Source: the human T2T-CHM13v2.0 reference genome, Homo sapiens
Reading direction: 5' to 3' (one strand)
Assembly (NCBI RefSeq): GCF_009914755.1
Contig: NC_060929.1
DNA: 64,000 nt
In this document: one piece after another, positions 26,736 to 37,985 of the stretch
Numbering within the stretch: the stretch's first letter is position 1
Layout: each line of letters begins with the position of its first letter
Notes under the pieces: generated by a model
Database searches by the model: none
What the model saw: only the letters and a program-made list of their open reading frames with translations
What the model was told of the DNA's origin: nothing
Made by a program: the position numbers and the translations under genes

Positions 26736-27599
26736 CCACTGCAATATTCTGTATAGTTCAGAGGAGAAACAAAAAGCAAACCAGATGAATCCAGGCTGCC
26801 AGACTTTTCATATTCCCTGCTTTCAACAAAGGTGATTACAGTGGCTTGGAGAAGCTGTTTTCATCAAACCTTGGCCTGACCTATCTCAAGAAGAAGGCGC
26901 TAGTGGCCAACAGATTGCAAACACCACTATGACAAAGAACCCCTCTCCATTTTAAAAGGAAAGCATATTGATTTTTGGAATAGCCATTTCCTAGTATATG
27001 TAACTTTGAGCCAAACCAATGAAATTTATGAGGACTCAGCTTAATCTTATAACATTTTAAGATCAATAACAGCTGCCTGGAAGAACCTGACCATTATGGT
27101 GGTTGAAAAAGGCAGATACGAGAATATTGCAACTGTTAAAGCAAGTTGTATAACAGAGGAGAGATCTGAGCTGCTGTATCTTGTGGAAAGCACCTAGGCC
27201 TGAAACTAAAGTTAGGACTGTAAGGTACAACTTCTGGTTCTGATGCCAATCATAGATAAGCATCATCACTAAGAGAGGAACCATATTTATACTTGCTGAC
27301 TATTGTAACCAGTACTTGGCTCATACTAGATACTCAATAAATATTATTTGAATCAACGTCTTGCAATGTTCCTTAATCATTGAGCCTCAGCTGTCCTTTA
27401 TTATTCACTCTTTCATTTGATTCTTTCTTCAGTTCCCCTACCACCACCTCCTTGTATAGGTCGCCATTATCTTTGCCTAGATTGTTGCAGTAGACTCCTA
27501 ACATTCTCATTGCCTTGGTCTTGCCCCCATCTAATCTGTTCTCCACACTGCAGCCAGAGTAATCCTTCTGAAAGGATACTCAATATTTAAAAGCCAGTC

Positions 27600-28383
27600 T
27601 TCTACATTGTAAAATGTATTAGCATAAAATTGTTCATAATATAATCTTATTTTCTTTCATATCTGTAGTGTCTATAGTAATGTCTCTTTGTTTAATAGCC
27701 CAACACATGGTATTTAATAAATATTCCATATGAACTTGAGAAGAATGTATTCTGAAGTTGTTTGATGCAGTGTTCAATTAAGTTGTCTAATCATATTGTT
27801 CAAGCTTCTATTTCCTTAATAATTTTTTCTTTTCGTTCTATGAGGTATGTTAAAATCTTCAGTTATGATTATACATTTGTCTGTTTCTTTTAATCTATCA
27901 ACTTTTGCTAAAGCAAAAGCTAAAGCTAAAACAAAAGCTAAAGCTAAAGCAAAAAGCATACTTTGAAGCTGTTATTCATTTTATACAACTTAAAACCATT
28001 AAATCTTTCTGTTGGACTTACCTTTTTGCCATAATAAAAATTTATGACAAAAGGGTAAATTCTCTTTTCTTTATTATATTAATCTAGAGAGTTAGTTATG
28101 AATTTTATTAATATTATGACCTCTAGTAATATTTCTTGACTAAAGTCTTTTTTTGGTCTGAAATTAATATAGCTACACCAGTCTTTGCTTTGCATGGTAT
28201 ATCTTTTTCCATCTTTTTACTGTCAGTCTTTCTGTATCCTTATATGTAAAGTTTATCTTCTATAAACATATTTAATTGGGTTTTACTTTTTAATAACTGT
28301 TAAAAATTTTCTTTAAGTTCAGTGCTCAGTCTATTTACAATTACTGTAAGTACTGATATATTTGGATTTAAGTGTATATCTTT
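27600..28383 (-). mobile_element. Inverted 5' segment of an old L1M (ORF2 start / endonuclease region)
   Basis: The minus strand encodes LNPNISVLTVIVNRL (ORF2 N-terminus, ~28375), TFFSSSYG (~27750) and IRLYYEQFYAN (~27650). Confidence 0.8.
27907..27954. repeat. Hexamer tandem repeat (GCTAAA/GCAAAA) x8
   Basis: GCTAAA GCAAAA GCTAAA GCTAAA ACAAAA GCTAAA GCTAAA GCAAAA. Confidence 0.9.
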
Positions 28384-28386
28384 GTG

Positions 28387-31122
28387 GCAATAAATGTGAC
28401 AATTTAGGGAAATGTACAAGTTCCTTGAAAAGCAAAACTTTCTAAAATTAATAGAAAAATAAGTAGAATATTTCCTTATCTGATAAATAATTTGGATTTC
28501 TAGTTAAAAACACTCTTACAAAAAAATTTCAGGATTAAATGACTTTACAAATGAATTCTTCCAAATTTTTATTTTAAAAAATAATACTATTCTTACACAA
28601 ACTCTTCTGAGAAAGAAAAAGAAAAAATAATGAATAATTCTCAACTTGTTTAATAAAACTAGCATTACTTTCATTAGGTGAATGCCTCAGAATGACATTT
28701 CAAGAAAAAAAAATCACAGACCAATCTTATGTATGAACATAGATGGAAAAATCCTAAACAAAACTTTGGTAAATTAAACCAAGTGATATATAAAAAGATA
28801 ACACATAATGGTTATATTCCAATAATGTAAGGTTGATTTAACATTCAAAAATCAATGTAGTTCACCATATTAATAGAATAATGGAAAAAATCACATAATT
28901 ATCTCAGTAGTGTAGGAAAAAGGATTTGACAAGACATTCATTCTTGATAAAAATTATCAGCAAACTAAGATTAAAAGGAAATGTTCTATAGCAAATATAT
29001 TTAATAATAAAATATTACGTGCTTATCCCTGAGTTCAGCAGCAAAGCAAAGATGTTCACCATCACCACTGTCACTAATATGCTACTGTAGATCCAAGCCA
29101 GTACAATAAGCTTAGCAAAAAGGAGGTATAAAAATTGAAAAGGAAAAAATAAAACAAACATTATTTACAGACTACATGATTGTATACATAAATAATTCAA
29201 AAGAATCAATAGAAAAACTATTAAAAATAATAAATAATTTAACGATATCACTCTACACAAGGTCAAGAGATAGAAATCACTTATATATACTAGCAACAAA
29301 CAATCAGAAAATGAAAAAAATTTCAAATGTTCATTTCATAATAGCATAAAATACCCCAATTGTTTAGTGATAAAACTAACATAAGATGCACAAAATCTAT
29401 AAAACATTATTCAGAGACATTTTTAAGCTGTAAATCAATGGGTTAATATACCAAGTTCATAGATTGGAAGACATATATACTTTCAATATTATTATTATTA
29501 AGATGTCAATTTTTTTCCAAATTGATCTACAGAGAAAATGCAATCTCATTCTAAACCCCAGTAGGTTTTTTTTGTAGAAATTACCAGAATTCTAAAATTT
29601 ACATAGAAATGCACAGAATATAGTCAAAACCATTTCTACTATATAGTAGTCAAAACCATTTTGAAAGACAAAGAACATATTTGGAAGACTTACATTTCAT
29701 GATTTTGAGACTTACTATAAAATTATAGCAATCAATTCAGTGTGGTATTGGCATAAGGATCAACAAATTGCTCAATGAAACCCAGTAGAGTTCATGGATA
29801 GATCTGCACATATATGGCCAGTTGATTTTTTGACAAAAGCTTCAAGAAAATTCAATGTGGAATTCTAACTAATTGTGCAGAAACAACATGATATCTATAT
29901 GAAAAAACAGAATCTAAATTCCTATTGCAAACTATTACAAAAGTTTAAGATAGTTCATAAATCTAAATGCAAAAAAGAAAACATAAAACTTCCAGAAAAA
30001 AACAAAGAATTCCATATCTGTATGTTAAGCAATAATTTCTTAGACAAAGCCAGAAAACACTTACTATAGGAAAAAAATTGATACATTATAACTCTTCCTT
30101 CTGCTCTTCAAATGTACTATTAAGAAAATGAAAAGGCAAGTCACAGATGGTAAACAAATATTTGCAATAAATATATCTGGCAGAGGATGTGTGTCCAGAA
30201 TACATAAACAACTCTTTAATAACCATGAAAAGCAAACAACCCTATTTTTTAATGGGCAAAAGACATGAACAGACATTTAACAAAATATATATAAATGGCC
30301 AGTAAACAGATTCTCAACATCATTAGTCATTAGGAAAATGCAATCTCAAACCGCAAGATATGACTTCACACCCAGTAAAATAGCTAAAATTTAAGACAGA
30401 CAAGACCAGGGGTTGATGAGAATGTGGAAAAATAAGAACTCTCTAAATTGTTGGTAGAAGTATAAAACGGCACAGCCATTTTGGGATACATTTTCCAGTT
30501 GCCACTAAAAGCACACTTACATATACCCTATAACCTGCAATTCCACTCCTGGGTATTTACCCTACAGAAATTAGCACATACACCCACTAAAGATGTGTGC
30601 AAGAATATTTATAACAGCTTTATTAATAATTGGCAAAATCTGGACTCAATCCAAACACCTGTTAACAGATCAATGAATAAACAAATTGAAATATGGTCTT
30701 ACAATGAAATATTACACAACAATGAAAAGAAAAAAAAGTACAGCAAAAACAAAGATGAATCTTGCAGACATAAAGTTGAATGAAAAAACTAGACTCAACA
30801 AAGAACGTACTGTATAATTCCATTTATATGAAGTTCAAAAAGAGGCAAAACCAATTCATGGTGAGAGATTTTTCGAATAGTGGTTACTTTAGTAGAAGGC
30901 ACGAGGAAGCCTTCTGAGACTTGATTTGGGTGGTGTGTACATGGTGTATATATACTTAAAAATTAAGTGGTACACTTTAGATAGGATGAACAACTTGGCC
31001 TGGATTATCTGGAACTGTCTAACTTTAGTCAAACTTTAGATTTGTGCACTTTCTCACATGTATGCTATTCCTTAATTTTTACAAATCTGGAAAAGAAGAA
31101 ATTTCAATAGGAAGAATAAAAA
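28387..31122 (+). mobile_element. Old L1M (L1ME-like), ORF2 through 3' UTR
   Basis: Degenerate ORF2 from NKCDNLG-EMYKFLEK through RT (TTATTTACAGACTACATG, FADD-like) to an L1ME-type 3' end (GTGGTACACTTTAG...TTTGTGCACTTT) and an A-rich tail. Confidence 0.88.
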
Positions 31123-31307
31123 AGGTTTTCAACAGCTCTCCACTGCCCTCAGGACAAAGTCCAAACTCCTCCTCACAGCAAGTAAGTTTTTGCGGTGTGG
31201 CCCCCTTGTGACTCTTCAGTTTCACATTCTGCCTCACTTGGTGCACTCTCTCCTCCAGCTCCACTGATGGCTGGCAGCTCCCTGTACGTGCCATGCACCC
31301 CCCTCTC

Positions 31308-32469
31308 TTTTTTAATTGACAAATAAAAATTGTATATGTTTATGGTGTACAATCTCATGCTTTCAAATATGCAAATAATGTAGAATGGTTAAATCCAGCT
31401 AACGAACTTATGCCTCATCTCACATGCTTATTTGTTTGCGGTGACAACACTTAAAATCTACTGTCTTCACAATTTTCAAGAATACAATACATTGTTACTA
31501 AATATAGTGACTACGTTGTACAATAGATCTCTTGAACTTATTCTTCCTATCTAACTGAAATTTTGTGTCCTTTGACCAATATCTCCCAATCCCTCCCTCC
31601 CACCTCAGACTCTGGTAACCATCATTCTACACTTTCTACTTATACAAGATCAACTTTTTAGATTCCACATATGAAGGAGACCATATGATATTTGTCTTTC
31701 TGTGCCTGGCTTATTTCATTCAACATAATGTCCTCCGGGTTCATCCATGTTGTCATGTGTTGCAGAATGTCTTCTTTTTCAAGGCTGAATAGTATTCCAT
31801 TGTGCATATGTACCAGATTTTCTTTATCTATTCATCTGTTGATGGACACTTAAGTTGATTCCATATTTTGGCTATAGTGAATAGGGCTGTAATGAACATG
31901 GGAGTACAGAACTTTCTTTGACATACTGATTTCATTTCCTTTGGATATATGCTCAGTAGTGGATCATAGGGTGGTTCTATTTTTAATTTTTTGAGGCACC
32001 TCCATACTGTTTTCCATAAATTGGCTCTACCAATTTACATTCTCACCAACAGTGTGCAAATCTGCCATCATTTTCTTCACATCTCTGCCATTATTTATGT
32101 TTCCTTTGCTAATAGCTATTCTAACAGGTGTGAGGTGATATCTCTCTGTAGTCTTAATCTGCATTTCCCTGATGATCAGTTATGTTGAACATTTTTTCAT
32201 ATATTCATATATCTGTTGGCCGTTTTTATTCTTTTGAGAAATGTCTATTCAGGTCCTTCATCCATTTTTAATTGGATTGTTTTCTCGTTGTTGCATTATT
32301 TGAGTACCTTATGCCTTTTGGATATTAGCCCCTTATCAGACGTATGGTTTGAAAATATTTTCTCTTATTTCATAGGTGTCTTTTCACTCTGCTGATTGTT
32401 TCCTTTGCCGTGCAGAAGCATTTTAGTTGGATGTAATCCCATCTGTCTATTTTTGCTTTTTATTGCCTG
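31308..32469 (-). mobile_element. L1MA (MA7/8-like) 3' portion
   Basis: TTTAATTGACAAATAAAAATTGTATATGTTTATGGTGTACAA...CAATAGATCTCTTGAACTTATTC..., ending GTCTATTTTTGCTTTTATTGCCTG. Approximate TSD TGCCATG. Confidence 0.9.
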
Positions 32470-33061
32470 CCATGTCCTTTCTTGCATAGGCTAGTCCATC
32501 AGCCCAGAAACCTTTTGTTCTAGCTTTTCCCAGCTAGTTCAAATTCATCCTTCAAAACTCAGCTTGAGTATCATCAACTATAGGAAGCTTTCCCTGAGAC
32601 ATATCCAAGGTTTGGGATATCCTATAGCACATGTGAAAATGGTCAGTTAAGTATTTATTCCTTTATTCAATAAAACGTTATATTAAACTCCTAAAAAGGT
32701 ACCAGGAAGTACACAGCCCTATAGGGTCTAACAGGGCTATTAGACACAGAAACAAACCTTGGCAGAAAAATGCAGATGCACCATTTCACCTATTCCAGGC
32801 CTGCAGGGATAAGAGGGCTTTTGACGGCCTTTGGAGAGGAAGAAATAATACCTACAAAATAACTTATTCTAACCTCTTTCAACTACTTGTTATCTACACT
32901 GATCAAAAGAAGAGATTATTTTCTTTGAGTAATCTTTTAAATAGTTGCATTTTCTTGCTTTTCTACTTTTTAATAACATCCAGAGAAGACAGTGATATTT
33001 AGCAACAGTAAATTTTCCAAGGGCTATAACTGGTTTGTGTAATTTACAAGCTGCCTGAGTA

Positions 33062-33308
33062 TTGAGGGTTAGTTAGGATTCTCACACCAGACTACATGGT
33101 TTTGTATCCCCATCGACCACTTATGAGCTTTGGGGCCTTGGCCAAACACTTAAACTCTGTAATCCTCAGTTTCTTCACCTGCAAAATTGGAATAACAACA
33201 GTAGTTACCTCAAATTGTGCTGTAAGGATTAAGTGAATCAGTGTACATAAAAAGCTTAGAATGGTGGCTCACAGACATGGTGTCAGCACTCCAAAAGGGT
33301 AGCCATTT
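33062..33308 (+). mobile_element. MIR
   Basis: Near full-length: CCTTGGCCAAACACTTAAACTCTGTAATCCTCAGTTTCTTCACCTGCAAAATTGG...AGGATTAAGTGA. Confidence 0.85.
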
Positions 33309-33379
33309 TACGTGGAATATGTAAAAAAAACTAGGTAACATTACAGATACTTCTCCACTCATCATTACCCCATATCTCC

Positions 33380-34050
33380 CCACCTGTCCTCAGCCCCAGG
33401 CTCACATTTCTCACAGCCTATTGGATGTTATCATCTGACTAAAATGTGAGTGACTCAAACTCAATAGCCATGAATCCCAGATCTCTTCTTTGACTTGTGC
33501 TGATTATCTGTTACCTAGCTTAAAAACATCCAGATCATTTCTTCGTACCACCATCTTCCATATCCATTATTCAGCAAGTCCTGACAATTCTCGATTTCTC
33601 ACAGCCATTTCTTCCTCCTCTTCTTCTTCTTCTCCTTCCTCTTCCTCCTCCTCTTCCTCCTCCTCTTCCTCCTCCTCCTCCTCCTTCTTCTTCTTCCTCT
33701 TCCTCCTTCTCCTTCTCTTCCTCCTCCTCCTCTTCATCTTACTCTTCCTCCTCCTTCTCCTTCTTTTTCTGTTTCTTCTTTTTTTCTTATTTCTACTGCC
33801 TCGTCCAGAAATAGAATTTTAGCTAATCACTCATTTGGGTTTCTCCATGGCGTCTTAAATCACTCTCCCCTAACTCAGACTGATCTTTCTAGAACATTCC
33901 TTGATCCCATACTCTCTTGCTTAAAAATCTTTAGTGGCACCTAATTGTTTCCGGCAATCAGTCAGACTCCACAGTCTGACATCAATGCTCACCACAATCT
34001 GACCCAAAACCTACCCTTTCACATCAATTTCTTTTATCTTCCACACAAAA
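33380..34050 (+). mobile_element. L2 fragment interrupted by a simple repeat
   Basis: CAGACTGATCTTTCTAGAAC...CTCTCTTGCTTAAAAATCTTTAGTGGC...CACAATCTGACCC. Confidence 0.6.
33609..33795. repeat. (TCC)n/(TTC)n polypyrimidine tract
   Basis: About 185 bp that is almost purely C/T on the + strand. Confidence 0.95.
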
Positions 34051-34176
34051 TTTCTCTGTCAAGTTGTATACCAATTTACGGCACTGACTAATAAACCAAG
34101 CTGGAACTAGGGCTAAGGCCTGAGGCCTGCAAGGGACCTCTTCCTTCTCTAAGCCCAAACTAAAAGCTTAGCAACA

Positions 34177-34511
<335 letters not shown>

Positions 34512-34982
34512 TTAGCAATTGTCACCATTGACCTAATGTGAATGAGGCAGAGTACCCAAATGCCAAATACCAAAGAGAAATGAAAGCAGGCAAGATGGGT
34601 CTTCCCAAGCCCAGGCCATCTGTGACCTGCCCATCCAGCCACCTGGAGAGACAAGGTAGAAGAGAGTGCCACATCCCAAGGCATCAACTATTAAGAGTTA
34701 CAATGTTCCTACCCATCAACAAAGCCTGGACTTGTTATTGTCCTGGAATCTGACCAAACAGATGTGTCAGTGCTCCCAGAGTGGAAGGAACAAAGTGGAG
34801 CTCTGGTATCTCCTCTCACCTGAGGCTTCAGCGTTACAATGCTTCCCACCTCTTGACCCTTGCTCATATTGCTAACCCTGCCTTGAATAGCCTCCCCACT
34901 TTTGCCTGTTGAAACTTATCCTTCAAGATCCAGAACAACATTCTGCTTCCTGATCACCTTACTTCAATCTCATTTCTTCTAA

Positions 34983-35379
<397 letters not shown>

Positions 35380-35574
35380 TTACATATATTTACTCTTAAC
35401 TGCACTGACAACTTTTTAAACTATAGATCGGGTCCCCAGTGTAAGTCTGGGGATATCAATTAAGATTCCCCTGTCTAATTTTTGACACTAATACCAACTA
35501 CGCTTAATAAATGTGTTGATGAGTTTAATGTTTTATGCATTAGATAGATTTCAGTATGAAAGAGATCTAAAGAT

Positions 35575-36050
35575 ATGGGTAACATAGAAGAGCGTTCATT
35601 ACTGCCATCCTTATAATGGCAAAAAAAAAAAAAGGAAAATAACCAAGTGTCCATTAACAAGATAATGGATAAATTAAAATATATTAAAAACACTGTACTG
35701 ATGAAAATAACAAACTAGATTTATATGTATCAACAGGGATAAATCTAAAAACCTAGTACTCAATGAAAAGGGCATATTTTAGAGCTATAATCTTCCATGT
35801 ATACAAATTTTAAAAAGTACAGATAAAATAATATATTCTGTAAATGAGTCCATGAAAAAACTGGCTGAAATAAATGAATCAAACTCAAGTTAAAAGTGGT
35901 CTCTAGAGAGAAAGAAATGGCCAGAGTCTTCAAACATTTTTTTATAATTTTTATTTTATTAACTGAAGTAAAACCAGCAGCATGAGAACAAGAGTGCTCA
36001 TTATATTGTTCTTTGCCTTTTTCTGTATTTTTAAAGCTTCTCAAAACGAA
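35575..36050 (+). mobile_element. L1ME-like 3' fragment
   Basis: GCGTTCATTACTGC...ATAATGGCAAAAA...AACCAAGTGTCCATTAACAAGATAATGGATAAATT. Confidence 0.65.
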
Positions 36051-36200
36051 GAGAAACAAACACAAAGATACCATTTGCTGCAGCCCTGGTCCTCCAGCGG
36101 GTGTGCTATTATTCTCCCTATTGTGTAAATATAAAGGTCAAGGAAGAGGGGAGGTGCTGAAGCTGTATGGGAGCTAAGGCATGGCCTGGGGATTGTCGCT

Positions 36201-36250
36201 AATGAAGGTTCACTAATTCCTTTAAAATGAAGGTTCACTAATTCCTTTAA
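36201..36250. repeat. Perfect 25-bp tandem duplication
   Basis: AATGAAGGTTCACTAATTCCTTTAA x2. Confidence 0.95.
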
Positions 36251-36467
36251 ATCAGCTGGTTTTCTTCAGATTTTCCTCTTTTTTTCTGCATGAAATGAGG
36301 GGCGAGGGGAAGAAAAAAAAAACCTTTCCTGTTGCCTGGTTACAGTTAAATGAGATTATTAAATGTTGTTTTACAACCTACTATAAAGACACGTCTCATT
36401 CTTTGTCCCTCTTTTGGATTGATGCTGTTGCCAGCAAGGGTCTGTATGTGCCTTGCACACTGTGTAC

Positions 36468-37100
36468 AATAATAATAATAGAATCATAACAATAGCTAAC
36501 AATTTTCAAGAGCTTACTCTGTGCTGGGCACTATGGTAAGTATATACAGCTTTATATACAGCTTTGTATCAGTATGAATACTTTCAGCTGCAAATATCAT
36601 AAAACCCTATTCAAATGGAGTTACATAGTAAAGAACGCATTACAACACATAACTTGGAGTCTGGAGATTGGTAACTTTCACTGATTCATGCAGAGCCTCA
36701 ATGATATTGACCGAGTTCTGACATTCCTTCTGCCTTTCTGTCCTATGCTTTGCAGATGCCAGTAGAAGAAGCTGGGGCTTTGTGCTTCCATACGCTTGTC
36801 TAATAGGAGAGACCCACATTGGTTCAGGTCTGCCCATACCTAGCAATTCACTGTGGAGGAGATGGAGTTTCTTATTCACTGGTTAAAGCCTTATACAGCT
36901 ACAGCAGAGTGGGTGCTGGGAAGAGGACACTATGCCCACCACAGATATGTCCTTATTAATCCTCTTAATGCTCTCATGAAGTAAACACTATTATGATCTG
37001 CATTTCACAGATGGAAAAACAAGACACCAAGAGGTTAAGTGGTTTTACCAAGGATACGTGGCTTGTTAAGTGCCAAGCTCTCCATGGCATATTATGCTGC
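36468..37100 (-). mobile_element. MIR interrupted by an LTR
   Basis: AATAGCTAACAATTTTCAAGAGCTTACTCTGTGCTGGGCACT (36492) resumes as TTAATCCTC...CATTTCACAGATGGAAAAAC...GAGGTTAAGTG (36955+). Confidence 0.8.
36565..36943 (-). mobile_element. Old MaLR/ERVL LTR (MLT1/LTR33-like)
   Basis: TGTATCAGTATGAATACTTTCAGCTGCAAATATCATAAAACCC...GGGTGCTGGG...ATGCCCACCACA. Confidence 0.6.
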
Positions 37101-37279
37101 CTTCCAAGTGCCTTAGGCTGTGTGTTGACTGGGTAAGAAACGAAGATGTCCACCCTGTGGTCCACTTAAACCCTGAGGCGATGGTGGGTTACTGGCCATC
37201 TCCAGGCCTCCATGGCTCCCATCCTTCTACTCCTGAATCTCCTTTTCCTTTTCACTGACACCATCTTTTCTTCCTTCAG

Positions 37280-37490
37280 GGCATCCTCTCTGCAATCATG
37301 GCTGTGAGTGATAGGTGGACTTGCCAACTCCCTGATTACCTGCCATCCATGGAAAGTCAACACCTAAATATGTTGTCTTATACTACTAGATAATATATGA
37401 CTATTATACTGCAAATAATCTTTTTGAAGCAAATTATAGGAATAAATTGAGACTAAGAACAATAATAAACTTGGGAAATTTACAAAGGCA
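37280..37490 (+). other. Candidate terminal exon of a non-coding transcript
   Basis: Branch point CTGAC 37255-59, pyrimidine tract, CAG 37277-79, and AATAAA at 37441 and 37464. No long ORF. Confidence 0.4.
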
Positions 37491-37824
37491 ACAAAATCTA
37501 ACAGTTCTCTCAGACATTGAGCTGGATTTTTTCCCCAGCAAGTAGGCCTGGGGGCTTACACCAGGGGAATGGCGAGAGGCACCCTGAAGCTTGCGTCTCT
37601 CTATCTTAAGGGTCCATCTCAGGGCTCCTCTCCACTCCAGGGTGACCTCCTTACGAGGATGTCCTCAAAGCACTCACTTGTTGTCTGTCTCATCTCTGTC
37701 CTCTTTGAAAATGCTGCCACCCCTGTGGAAGTCCAGCTTTCTGGAGGGAATCGTTGATTCCCAGTGGTAGCTGTGCACCATATTCTGGGACCCCAACTCA
37801 GGCACACAGAATCAGGGTGCACGA

Positions 37825-37985
37825 GTCAGCCAGAATTTTATATGAGCAAGTGAGGACGTGCAGAAAAATGTGCAGATGAATCATCTACTAAATGGATCTT
37901 GTGGAAGTGCAGATTCTTCATTTCTAATAAGCTCTCAGGTGATACTAATGCCACTGGTTCAAGGCCCACACTGGGAATGGCAGGG
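37825..37985. mobile_element. MER5A-like hAT MITE
   Basis: CATTTCTAATAAGCTCTCAGGTGATACTAATGCCACTGGTTCAAGGCCCACACTGGGAATGGC. Confidence 0.65.

Larger units (their letters stand above)
27400..32600 (+). mobile_element. One L2 split into three pieces (27400-27580, 31125-31300, 32470-32600) by two L1 insertions
   Basis: Colinear L2 consensus blocks: CCACACTGCAGCCAGAGTAATCCTTCTGAAA | CTCTCCACTGCCCTCAGGACAAAGTCCAAACTCCT | TCATCCTTCAAAACTCAGCTT..AGGAAGCTTTCCCTGA. Confidence 0.7.

Noticed and set aside
33490-33822. Ser/Leu/Phe-rich ORF resembling a membrane protein
   Set aside because: It is a translation of the TCC/TTC simple repeat.
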